64,000 bases of DNA from Campylobacterota bacterium (lineage in GTDB: Bacteria; Campylobacterota; Campylobacteria; Campylobacterales; Arcobacteraceae), in contig JBNJFB010000001.1 of NCBI GenBank assembly GCA_051746405.1, positions 64,001 through 128,000 of the forward strand, in the 5' to 3' direction. Every line of letters begins with the position of its first letter. Within the stretch, counting starts at the first letter, position 1. Positions 21,438-30,889 of the stretch are shown piece by piece. Below the pieces are notes generated by a model, which saw only the letters and a list, made by a program, of their open reading frames with translations, was not told where the DNA came from and searched no databases. Made by a program: the position numbers and the translations under genes.

Positions 21438-21474
21438 AAAAAAAAAAGGCCAAGAGTAAAACTCTTGACCTTTT
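21438..21474 (-). terminator. Rho-independent terminator of atpE
   Basis: GGTCAAGAGT-TTT-ACTCTTGGCC hairpin followed by T10 on the minus strand. Confidence 0.85.
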
Positions 21475-21506
21475 AAAGATATTTATAAAATTTGTAGTTT
21501 TACAAA

Positions 21507-21815
21507 TTACCCTAAAAATGGGTTTGCATATAATGCAATTAAAGCAATAACAAGTGTATAGATAACTTGTGCTTCAACAAGTGCAATAGCAATGAACATA
21601 GTAGTCATTAACTTTCCACCTAAACCTGGGTTTCTAGCAGTACCAGCAATAGTTGCAGCAGCAGTGTTACCCATACCTATAGCACCACCAAGTGCAGCTA
21701 AACCTAAACCAATACCAGCAGCAACTACTGAGTATGCTTTAATCATTGACTCACCATCAGTTGCAGCAAATGCAAAACCTGTGAATGCTAACATTAAAAG
21801 AACGATTTTTTTCAT
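21507..21815 (-). CDS. atpE: F0F1 ATP synthase subunit c
   Basis: GxGxxxxGxxxGxG helix, ARNP loop, conserved carboxylate in LVEAQ; N-terminal leader. Confidence 0.96.
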   Translation of the reverse strand: MKKIVLLMLAFTGFAFAATDGESMIKAYSVVAAGIGLGLAALGGAIGMGNTAAATIAGTARNPGLGGKLMTTMFIAIALVEAQVIYTLVIALIALYANPFLG

Positions 21816-22042
21816 TCTAGAATCCTTTAAAAATAGTTAATTTTACAAAGTCCGTTCGGCTTGCGTATCCCTACTTATCACTTTGATTGGCGATATTATA
21901 TCTGTAGATAAATTAAACATTCTTTAAACAACCATAGATTAAATTATAAAAGTTTTACATAAGTTTATGATTTATAATCATAGTGTAAAATTTATATTGC
22001 TAAAATAGAGTATAGTCAAATTTAATGACATGAAGGAAAAAT

Positions 22043-24103
22043 ATGCAAAAACTTTTTTTATCACTTACTTTAGTTATAGTTGTTATTATAACTTCTATTT
22101 TAGGTCTGTTATTTACAAGTGCTGGTAATAGTATAATTGCTACATATATAGAAGATACAGTAAATCAAAAAAAAGAAAATGTAAACTTTAAAGTTGAGAG
22201 TTTAGCCCTTGGCTTTAATACTTTTGATTTCAAAGCAAGTTTTGCTGATGATTCAATAATAGATATATCAGGTGATTTAAAAATTATAGAAAAAGTTGTT
22301 GATTTAAAATATAAGATTGATATAAAAGATTTATCAAACTTACAAAACCTAACAAATCAAAAATTAAATGGTCCATTTTTTACATCTGGTACTTTTGTGG
22401 GTAATAATGAAAAAGCTACAATAAATGGGAACTCAAATGTAGCAAGTAGTGATACATCATATCTTATAAATATGATAAATTTTGAGCCAAGTAGTATAAA
22501 ATTTGATATCAAAGATGCGATGATAGAAGAGTTATTATATTTAGTAAATCAACCCCTTATGAGTAGTGGTAGATTAAATGTAAGTGCAAATATCAAAAAT
22601 GCAAAGCCTAATAGCCTAGATGGGACTATTGTCTCAACACTTTTAGATGGTAAAGTAAATAATAAATTTTTAAGCAGTATGTTAAATAAAAAAATTACTA
22701 CTGATATAACTTACAAATCAAGAACAAATGCAGTTTTAAAAGGAAACAAAGTAGAGGCTAACTCATCTCTTGTAAGTTCACTTGGCACTTTAGTTTCAAA
22801 AAAGACAGTTATAAATCTTGATACTTCAAAGCTTCAATCAAGATATAATTTAAATATTAATGACTTATCAAAGTTAGAGGATTTTATAGATTTTAAATTA
22901 AATGGTGAGTTTTCTACTTTTGGTGATTTAGTGGCTAATAACAATATTATAAAGATAAGCGGGACCACTCCTTTATTTAAAAGTTTAACAAAATACGATG
23001 CTAAAATAGTTGATTCAAAAGTTGAAAGTTTAAACTTAGATATGACAAATGCAAAATTAAAAACACTACTTTATACTTTAAATCAGCCATCTTATGCAAA
23101 AGGAAATCTAGATTTAAATGCGAATATTACCAGCTTAGATTTAAAGAACCTAGAAGGTAAAATCAGTTCAAATATAACTGATGGGGTGTTAAATAACAGT
23201 GTTATTAATAAGCAGTTTGACCAAAAGCTAAAAGATGAAGTAGAGTTTAGATTAAACTCTAATACTAATCTTAAGGGCACTGAAGCTATTAGTGAAGCTG
23301 CTTTAAACTCATCTGTTGCAAATTTGAATATAAATAGTGCAGTATTTGATGTGAATAAACAAAGTTTTAAGAGTAAATATCTCTTAGATGTGCCTAAACT
23401 TTCAAAGTTATATGATATAACCTCCAAAAAGCTAAGAGGTGCAGTTGAGTTAAATGGAGATATCAATTCCACAAAAGATAGTTTAACAGTTACAGGAGTA
23501 TCCCAGCTTTTAGGTGGAAGTATCGACTTCAAACTACAAAATGATGATTTAGTAGCAAATATAAATGATTTGGAGATAAAAGAGCTTACAAATATGCTTT
23601 ATTATCCAGAAGTATTTGATTCAAAATCAGATTTAAATATAGACTATAATCTTGCATCAAAAAGTGGGAAAATTAAAGGTAGGCTTATAGATGGACACTT
23701 TTTAGAAAACGAGTTCTCAACTTTAATAAATCAGTTTGCAAAGTTTGATTTAACAAGAGAAGTTTATAAAACTGTTGATATAAGTAGTGATATAAATGAT
23801 ATGGTACTAAAAAGTGTTATATCAATGAAGAGTAAAAATACACAAATAGATGTGACAAAGTCTGTTTTAGATTTAAATAACTCTTTTTTAGATGCAAATA
23901 TAAAAGCAAAAATTAGAAAAACTACTTTAGCATTTGATGTAAAAGGTGATATGCAAAATCCAAGTATTAAGCTTGATACAAAAAATACTCTAAGAAATAA
24001 AATTGAACAAGAGATAAATGAAAAAATAGGAAATAACTTAAAAGAGAAAGTTGGAGAAGAGGGTGCAAAAGAGATTATAAATAATTTCAAATCACTTTTT
24101 TAG
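22043..24103 (+). CDS. Hypothetical AsmA/TamB-like periplasmic beta-rich protein
   Basis: N-terminal TM anchor, repeated beta-strand-rich segments, C-terminal VKGDMQNPSIKLD. Confidence 0.6.
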   Translation: MQKLFLSLTLVIVVIITSILGLLFTSAGNSIIATYIEDTVNQKKENVNFKVESLALGFNTFDFKASFADDSIIDISGDLKIIEKVVDLKYKIDIKDLSNLQNLTNQKLNGPFFTSGTFVGNNEKATINGNSNVASSDTSYLINMINFEPSSIKFDIKDAMIEELLYLVNQPLMSSGRLNVSANIKNAKPNSLDGTIVSTLLDGKVNNKFLSSMLNKKITTDITYKSRTNAVLKGNKVEANSSLVSSLGTLVSKKTVINLDTSKLQSRYNLNINDLSKLEDFIDFKLNGEFSTFGDLVANNNIIKISGTTPLFKSLTKYDAKIVDSKVESLNLDMTNAKLKTLLYTLNQPSYAKGNLDLNANITSLDLKNLEGKISSNITDGVLNNSVINKQFDQKLKDEVEFRLNSNTNLKGTEAISEAALNSSVANLNINSAVFDVNKQSFKSKYLLDVPKLSKLYDITSKKLRGAVELNGDINSTKDSLTVTGVSQLLGGSIDFKLQNDDLVANINDLEIKELTNMLYYPEVFDSKSDLNIDYNLASKSGKIKGRLIDGHFLENEFSTLINQFAKFDLTREVYKTVDISSDINDMVLKSVISMKSKNTQIDVTKSVLDLNNSFLDANIKAKIRKTTLAFDVKGDMQNPSIKLDTKNTLRNKIEQEINEKIGNNLKEKVGEEGAKEIINNFKSLF

Positions 24104-24119
24104 AAAAAAATCTTAATAT

Positions 24120-24195
24120 TTATGATAACTATTATCAATTTAAGTATAAACAAAGTTCCTTTTTGTTTTAATTTCATTAATGATAATTGATATTA
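24120..24195 (+). promoter_or_regulatory. Two Fur-box-like sites
   Basis: TGATAACTATTATCA (24123-24137) and TGATAATTGATATTA (24181-24195) fit the 7-1-7 Fur consensus, upstream of an imelysin gene. Confidence 0.7.
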
Positions 24196-24213
24196 AAATT
24201 AAAAAGGAATCAA

Positions 24214-25572
24214 ATGTTAAGAAAATCTAAAGTTTTAGCTGCCTCTTTATCTTTTGCAGCAATATTAGCGTTAAGTGGTTGTACAAACTTACAACAAAAT
24301 CAGCAAGCATCAAAAATGCATAGTATGAAAGCCCAAAATATATTAGTAGCTTACTCAGATATTGCATTAGCAAACTATGATGATGCATTAAAAGATGCAA
24401 TTAATCTAAAGTTTAGAATTGATACATTCTCAACTAATCCAAATGAACAAACTTTTCAAGAGGCTAAAAAAGCTTGGCTATTATCAAGGGAGTCATACGG
24501 ACAAACTGAAATTTTTAGATTATCAAATGGTCCAATTGATGCAGAAGAAGGTTGGGTTGCTAACTCATACGGTGCATTAGAGGGGCAATTAAACGCTTGG
24601 CCATTAGATGAGAATATGATTGATTATACAGTTAATGCAAATGGTGAAAAAACATCAGGAAATATTATTGATACAAATGGTGTATTTAATCCAGGTGGAC
24701 AAGAGGCTAAAAGTGTAAATGTAGATAAAATCACAGTTGATGCACTAACAGCATTAAATGAAAATGGTGGTGAAGCTAACGTATCTACAGGCTACCATGC
24801 GATTGAGTTTTTATTATGGGGACAAGATCAAGACTACTCTAACTTTATGAAAGACTCAATAACAAAAGGTGCTTTAACAGCTGGTCAAAGACCATTATCA
24901 GACTTTATAGATGATAAAAATGCAAAAAGAAGATTTGCATATTTAAAAGCAGCATCTGACAAAATTGTACAAGATTTAAAAGTTGTTAAATCAGCTTGGG
25001 AAAAGGGTGTTGATGGTACAACGGGATTATATCAAGCTGCACTACAAGGACAATTATCAGGTAAAAATGCCAATAAAAATATTCCTACAAAAGAGGCGTT
25101 AAGTCAAATTCTCGCTGGAATGGGTGTATTTATTAAATCTGAATTAGCAAATGAAAGAATTGCAGTTGCAGTATTAACACCATCTGAAGAAGATGAACAC
25201 TCTTGTTTCTCTGATAATACACACAGAGATATTTTAACAAACTACTTAGGATTTAAAAATATATTAACTTCAACATACAATGGTAAAAAATATGGACCAT
25301 CTATGTTAGATGCAGTTGATGCCCAAACTAAGGCTAGAATTATTAACTTAATGGGTTCTATTGAGTCAAAGATTAACCAAATTGATAAGCTTGCTAAAAC
25401 AAAAGAGCATTTTGATTATCAAATACATTTAGGAAATCCAAATGCTAAAAATATCGTAAAACTTAAAAACGAAATGAGAAAGCTTGGTGATGAAATGGTA
25501 AATGTTGCGAAAGCTTATGGAGTTGATTTAACTACTGATGATGTTACAGATGCGCAAGAGACAAAGATTTAA
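24214..25572 (+). CDS. Imelysin family iron-regulated lipoprotein (IrpA-like; ORF opens at 24187)
   Basis: Lipobox LSGC, NAWPLDE, GYHAIEFLLWGQD (HxxE), EDEHSCFSDNT. Confidence 0.92.
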   Translation: MLRKSKVLAASLSFAAILALSGCTNLQQNQQASKMHSMKAQNILVAYSDIALANYDDALKDAINLKFRIDTFSTNPNEQTFQEAKKAWLLSRESYGQTEIFRLSNGPIDAEEGWVANSYGALEGQLNAWPLDENMIDYTVNANGEKTSGNIIDTNGVFNPGGQEAKSVNVDKITVDALTALNENGGEANVSTGYHAIEFLLWGQDQDYSNFMKDSITKGALTAGQRPLSDFIDDKNAKRRFAYLKAASDKIVQDLKVVKSAWEKGVDGTTGLYQAALQGQLSGKNANKNIPTKEALSQILAGMGVFIKSELANERIAVAVLTPSEEDEHSCFSDNTHRDILTNYLGFKNILTSTYNGKKYGPSMLDAVDAQTKARIINLMGSIESKINQIDKLAKTKEHFDYQIHLGNPNAKNIVKLKNEMRKLGDEMVNVAKAYGVDLTTDDVTDAQETKI

Positions 25573-26938
25573 TCTATCTTTACTATCTAAACTAATTCTT
25601 TCAAAAAGCCTTGTAGCTCTTATGGCTACAGGACTTTTAGCAGTTAGTGAAAAAAGCAGATATTTTTCAAAAAAGAATCATAAGTCTTTATTAGAAAAAC
25701 CAAGAAAAGGTTTAAATAATGAACAATACGACCAGTTTATATTAGGAAGAAGTTTTTTTACAATTCCTTGGGTTGAGGCTCCAAGTGCTACAACTGCAAG
25801 GGATGGATTAGGACCACTTTTTAATGCAAACACCTGCAAAAGTTGTCACCCAGGAAATGGAAGAGGAGAGCTTTATACTAGTAATAAAACAGTATCAAGA
25901 TCCTTAGTTGCTAGAGTATCTATTTTAAATGATGGTTCAGAACAGCATGAAACAGTTTCAAGTAAAATGGGGTTTGTTCCCCATGAAGTTTATGGAAATC
26001 AAATATCTATAAATGGTGTTCATAAAGTACCTTTTGAAGCAAGAGTAAAAGTTGATTTTAAAAAGATTGAAGTGAATTTTCCAGACGGTGAAAAAGATAC
26101 AATTCTTAAGCCAAAATATGAGTTAGTAGATAAAAACTATGGTGATTTAGATGGTGCTATTTTATCTTATAGAATGGCTCAGACAATGCATGGTTTAGGA
26201 ATGATTGAAAAAATATCAGATGAATCAATTTTGGCAAATGAAGATATAAATGACAGTGATGGCGATGGTATCTCAGGAAAAGCAAATAGAGTTTACTCTT
26301 TTTTAACTAAACAAGAAGCTATAGGAAGATATACATGGAAAGCAAGTGTTCCTAGCATCTTTGAACAAGTTGCTAATGCAGCAAATAATGATATGAGTAT
26401 CACCACATCACTACATACAAATGATAACTGTACAACCTTACAAAAAGAGTGTAACGAAGCACCAAAATCAAGACATAAAGTGGACTTACCTGATTTAAGA
26501 GTTACAGCTATTGAGTACTATATAAGTAATTTAAGAGCCTATGAACCTATAAAAGATGATGAGTTTAAAGAGGGTTTAGAACTATTTAAAGCCTTAGATT
26601 GTGCAAAGTGTCACACTACAAGTTTTACTACAGTAGATGGGTTTGAAGTATCACCTTATTCAGATTTTTTACTTCACGATATGGGTGAGGGGTTAGCTGA
26701 TGGTAGAGCTGAGTTTGATGCAACAGCAAGTGAGTTTAGAACAGCTCCACTATGGGGCTTATCACTTCACAAGAAAATAAATGGCAAAAACCCAAGGCTT
26801 TTACATGATGGAAGAGCAAGAGATTTTCAAGAGGCTATTTTATGGCATGGTGGTGAGGCTGAAACTGCAAAGCAAAACTATATAAATGCCTCAAAACAGA
26901 CAAGAGAAAAATTGATTAAATTTTTAGAGAGGTTATAA
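25538..26938 (+). CDS. Di-heme oxidoreductase (DHOR/DUF1111); start uncertain
   Basis: DGLGPLFNA, CKSCH and CAKCH heme sites, LLHDMG, RTAPLWG, LHDGRAR, AILWHGGE. Confidence 0.9.
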   Translation: MMLQMRKRQRFNLSLLSKLILSKSLVALMATGLLAVSEKSRYFSKKNHKSLLEKPRKGLNNEQYDQFILGRSFFTIPWVEAPSATTARDGLGPLFNANTCKSCHPGNGRGELYTSNKTVSRSLVARVSILNDGSEQHETVSSKMGFVPHEVYGNQISINGVHKVPFEARVKVDFKKIEVNFPDGEKDTILKPKYELVDKNYGDLDGAILSYRMAQTMHGLGMIEKISDESILANEDINDSDGDGISGKANRVYSFLTKQEAIGRYTWKASVPSIFEQVANAANNDMSITTSLHTNDNCTTLQKECNEAPKSRHKVDLPDLRVTAIEYYISNLRAYEPIKDDEFKEGLELFKALDCAKCHTTSFTTVDGFEVSPYSDFLLHDMGEGLADGRAEFDATASEFRTAPLWGLSLHKKINGKNPRLLHDGRARDFQEAILWHGGEAETAKQNYINASKQTREKLIKFLERL

Positions 26939-27879
26939 TGAAAAAACTATTTTTAGGAACACTTATTTTAGTTACAAGCAGTTTTGCACAAACAAATCTG
27001 CACTCTATTTTAAAAAATGTTTCAATACCAAATGTAAATAAAAGTATTGAAGCAGCAAAGCAGCTAAAACAAAATCCAAATGCAAAGAATTTCACAAAGT
27101 TAGTTAAAAACTGGAAAAAAGTTGAAGCTATGTATTTTGCTGGAAATATGGATGATAACTATATAGATACACCAAGATATATAGATGTTTATCATAACTT
27201 AAAAGAGGATTTACATAAGCAAATGAAAAGAGCCTTAGAGTCTGATGATAAACCAAGAATTGCACTTTTTAAAAATTCATTTAGAACTATAAATGCTTTA
27301 GAGTATGTACTTTTTAATGATGATAAAATCACAAAAAGAGAGAAACTATTTTCAAAAATGATTTTAGACACAATTATCTCTAATCTTGAAGATATCAAAA
27401 ATGTTTATGAGAATTATTATGAAAATGCTTCAAAAACTCAGAAGTGGGAAAATTCAATGATTATGAATACATTGATTTCTAGCTCTTACAAATTAAGGGA
27501 GTGGAGAATAGGTGAACCAGCTGGTTTAGCTGTAAAATATGAAGGTGACAAAGATAATAGTAGAGCAGAGTACTATCTAAGTAAAAACTCTAAAAATGCA
27601 ATTGAAGCTATACTAAAAGCCCATGAAGAGATTATTGGAGAAAAAGATTATAAAAACTTTGCTACTATGGCTAAAAAAGCAGGTGCAATTGAAGCTACAA
27701 ATGCAGCACAAAAAGCTTTAAAAGCTACACAAGAGAAGTTATACCTTATTAAAAATGATGATTTCTCAAATGCTAAAGAGTTGTTTTTTAGTGCAAAAAG
27801 TTTTCATAATGCTTACTATTTATCACTAATTACAGATTTATCTATCACTGCAAAGATATTAGACGCAGATGGAGATTAG
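26938..27879 (+). CDS. Second imelysin-like secreted protein
   Basis: Signal peptide, INALEYVLF, C-terminal DADGD; position in the irpA-DHOR operon. Confidence 0.75.
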   Translation: MKKLFLGTLILVTSSFAQTNLHSILKNVSIPNVNKSIEAAKQLKQNPNAKNFTKLVKNWKKVEAMYFAGNMDDNYIDTPRYIDVYHNLKEDLHKQMKRALESDDKPRIALFKNSFRTINALEYVLFNDDKITKREKLFSKMILDTIISNLEDIKNVYENYYENASKTQKWENSMIMNTLISSSYKLREWRIGEPAGLAVKYEGDKDNSRAEYYLSKNSKNAIEAILKAHEEIIGEKDYKNFATMAKKAGAIEATNAAQKALKATQEKLYLIKNDDFSNAKELFFSAKSFHNAYYLSLITDLSITAKILDADGD

Positions 27880-27882
27880 AAG

Positions 27883-28815
27883 TTGAATGATGTTTTTGTA
27901 CTTGAGTATTTTATAGACCCATCAAAAAGGGTCTTTATAGGGTATTTACTTATTTCACTTTTGATAGGTGCTCTGTTTTTTTATTTTAGTAAACAAAAAA
28001 CAAAAGTAATATTATCCTCAAAGCTTTGGTTACATCCAAGTGCTAAGCTTGATTATTATTACTTTTTTATTGGCTACTTTATAAAAGTATTTATGCTATT
28101 TCCTATAATACTTAGTGCAAAAACTGTAGCACTGTTTGTAAATAAACAGTTATATTTAGCTTTTGATTTTTATCAAAATAGTTATTTCTCTTATGAAGTT
28201 GTGATTGTTATGTATACTGTAGCTATTTTTGTAGTAAGTGATTTTACTAGATATTGGTTGCATAGATTTTTACATACTATTCCTTTTTTATGGGAGTTTC
28301 ACAAGATTCACCATAGTGCAAAGGTATTAACACCTATTACATTTTACAGGGTTCATCCAGTTGAGAACCTACTTTTTGGACTTAGATACTCACTAAGTAT
28401 TGGTTTAGTAACTGGGGTATTTATATACTTTTTCGGTGCGATGATTGATTTGTATACAGTATTTGGAGTAAATATTTTTATATTTGTTTTTTCAATAATA
28501 GGAGCAAACTTAAGACATTCACACGTGGCATTTTCTTATCCTAAGTTTTTAGAAAGTTTTTTCATTTCTGCTAAACAGCATCAAATACATCATAGTAAGA
28601 AATACTTTGATAAAAACTTTGGAGGGTATTTGGCTATTTGGGATAGGATGTTTGGTTCTTTGAAGTATTCAAAGGATGTGAGTGTTTTAAAGTTTGGGCT
28701 TGCAAAAGAGCAGATGAAAGATTATAACTCAATATTAGCACTTTTAATTAGACCATTTAAAAATCTTATATTAAGGAGAAGATTTTATGAAATATTTAAA
28801 ACTAATAACTCTTAG
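27883..28815 (+). CDS. Sterol desaturase/fatty acid hydroxylase family protein
   Basis: His boxes HRFLH, HKIHH, RHSH, HQIHH; KNFG; WDRMFG. Confidence 0.9.
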   Translation: MNDVFVLEYFIDPSKRVFIGYLLISLLIGALFFYFSKQKTKVILSSKLWLHPSAKLDYYYFFIGYFIKVFMLFPIILSAKTVALFVNKQLYLAFDFYQNSYFSYEVVIVMYTVAIFVVSDFTRYWLHRFLHTIPFLWEFHKIHHSAKVLTPITFYRVHPVENLLFGLRYSLSIGLVTGVFIYFFGAMIDLYTVFGVNIFIFVFSIIGANLRHSHVAFSYPKFLESFFISAKQHQIHHSKKYFDKNFGGYLAIWDRMFGSLKYSKDVSVLKFGLAKEQMKDYNSILALLIRPFKNLILRRRFYEIFKTNNS

Positions 28816-29956
28816 TTTAGTAGTTTTATTTTTTGCTGCTTGTACAAATAATGCTGATGTTTCAAAAGCAAAAAAATTGAAACTGCAAAAGCAAAAGGAG
28901 CAGTTAGGGAAGGTTCTATTTTTTGATAAAAACTTATCAAAAAATAGAACTATGTCTTGTGCAACTTGTCATAATCCAAAAGCGGGATTTGTAGATGATA
29001 GGGAAAATACAGTTAAAAAGATGGCTTCCCTTGGAGATGATCAAATCTCACTTGGTGATAGACAAGCACCAAGTGCAGCCTATGCGATGTTCTCACCTAA
29101 GTTTCATTATGATAAAGAGAAAAAACAGTATATAGGTGGACAGTTTTGGGATGGAAGAGAAGCTACTTTAGCAGGACAAGCAGGAGGACCTCCAACAAAT
29201 CCAATTGAAATGGGAATGCCAAATAAAAAAGCTGTAATAAATAGAATCAAAGAAAACGATTACTATATCCAAACATTTAAAGACATATATGGAAAAGATA
29301 TTTTTAAGTCAAATAAGAAAGCTTATAAAGCTATGAGTGATGCAATTGAGAAGTTTGAGATGACTAAAGAGTTTGCTCCTTTTGATTCAAAATATGATAG
29401 ATACTTAAAAGGTGAGTATGAACTAACTGTATTAGAGGATTTAGGAAGATCACTTTTCTTCTCAAATCAAAATAACTCTTGTGCAAATTGTCATGTTTTA
29501 AAGGGTGAAGATAGACTTGGTGAGACTTTTTCAAACTATGAGTATCATAATATAGGTGTACCTGCAAATAATGAGTTAAGAGCAAAAAATGGCATAAAAG
29601 ATATAGACCTAGGACTTTTAAATAACCCAGCAGTAACCAATGAAAAACATAAAGGTAAATACAAAGTACCAACACTAAGAAATGTAGCACTAACAGCACC
29701 ATATATGCATAATGGAGTATTTAAAGACTTAAAAACAGTTGTAGAGTTTTATGATAAATATAATAATCAAAATAGAAAAATAAACCCAGAGACAGGTAAA
29801 CCTTGGAGAGAGCCTGAAGTAGATGGAACTATATCACTTGATGATTTAAAAGCTAATAGATTAAATAGTAGAAAAATAGAGGCATTAGTAGCCTTTATGA
29901 AGTTACTAACTGATAAGAGGTATGAACACTTGTTAAAAGAAGACAATAATAAATAA
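28787..29956 (+). CDS. Di-heme cytochrome c peroxidase/MauG family lipoprotein
   Basis: Lipobox FAAC, CATCH and CANCH, QFWDGR, KVPTLRNV, PYMHNG. Confidence 0.92.
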   Translation: MKYLKLITLSLVVLFFAACTNNADVSKAKKLKLQKQKEQLGKVLFFDKNLSKNRTMSCATCHNPKAGFVDDRENTVKKMASLGDDQISLGDRQAPSAAYAMFSPKFHYDKEKKQYIGGQFWDGREATLAGQAGGPPTNPIEMGMPNKKAVINRIKENDYYIQTFKDIYGKDIFKSNKKAYKAMSDAIEKFEMTKEFAPFDSKYDRYLKGEYELTVLEDLGRSLFFSNQNNSCANCHVLKGEDRLGETFSNYEYHNIGVPANNELRAKNGIKDIDLGLLNNPAVTNEKHKGKYKVPTLRNVALTAPYMHNGVFKDLKTVVEFYDKYNNQNRKINPETGKPWREPEVDGTISLDDLKANRLNSRKIEALVAFMKLLTDKRYEHLLKEDNNK

Positions 29957-30055
29957 GATAAAACAAAAATATTTATTTAAATTATAAAATAGAAAATTAA
30001 TAAATAATACAGCTATGTTTTAGTATCATAATTAATAATAAACTAAAATATTGAG

Positions 30056-30889
30056 TTGTTAATGAAGTATACAAAGTTAGATTTTTCTATAAAAGATGCT
30101 ATAAAGCCTCCATACTTTATGGGGAGTCAGTTAAGGGGAGTATTTGGATATGCTCTTAAAAATATTGTTTGTGTAAACCCATCTTATAAATGTGATTCAT
30201 GTTTTGCTAGTCAAGATTGTCTCTTTTATGATTTTTTTGAAAGAAAGAATACCTATCATAAGTATAGGTTTGATATAGAACTTGCTAGGGACTGCTATGA
30301 TTTTTCTTTTTATTTGTTTGAAGAATCCTGTGAGAAATTACCTTATATTATCTCTTCTTTATATAATTCACTTACTAAAATTGGCTTAGGAAAAAATAAT
30401 AAGATAATCAAAGATTTTAAGATTTATCTAAATAATCAGGTGATATATGAAAATGACTCTATATCTTTACCTAAAAAATATCATACATTTTTTGAGGTAG
30501 AGCCAGTATCTACAAAAAATATAGTCATAGATATCTTAACTCCAATAAGAATAAAAAAGAATAAGAAACTTGTTTTTGATGATTCACTTGAGTTAGAAGA
30601 TATACTACTTTCAATCTATAAAAGATATATAACAATCACAAATCAAAAATTCAAAAAGATTGACTTACAAAAAGACTATAAAGTAATAAGTAAAAATATC
30701 ACAGCTAAAAGACTTACTAGGTTAAACAGCGTAAAAAAAGAGACAATGAGAATAGATGGAGTTATAGGAAACTTTGTAATAAAAGATATAAACACTGAGA
30801 CTTATAGGCTTTTAAAGTTAGGTGAGCTTTTAGGAGTTGGAAAACAAACAGTCTTTGGACTTGGGAAAATAGAGATTAAGGAGATTTGA
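30056..30889 (+). CDS. cas6: Cas6 pre-crRNA endoribonuclease (four-Cys N-terminal variant)
   Basis: GSQLRGVFG, CxxxxxxCxxCxxxxxC, TPIRI, C-terminal G-loop GVGKQTVFGLG; first gene of the cas operon. Confidence 0.9.
   Translation: MLMKYTKLDFSIKDAIKPPYFMGSQLRGVFGYALKNIVCVNPSYKCDSCFASQDCLFYDFFERKNTYHKYRFDIELARDCYDFSFYLFEESCEKLPYIISSLYNSLTKIGLGKNNKIIKDFKIYLNNQVIYENDSISLPKKYHTFFEVEPVSTKNIVIDILTPIRIKKNKKLVFDDSLELEDILLSIYKRYITITNQKFKKIDLQKDYKVISKNITAKRLTRLNSVKKETMRIDGVIGNFVIKDINTETYRLLKLGELLGVGKQTVFGLGKIEIKEI

Noticed and set aside
21507..21815. Na+-coupled ATP synthase, given the Mrp operon in the window
   Set aside because: Subunit c has EAQ rather than the ES/T signature and lacks the helix-1 Gln/Glu of Na+-binding c-rings.
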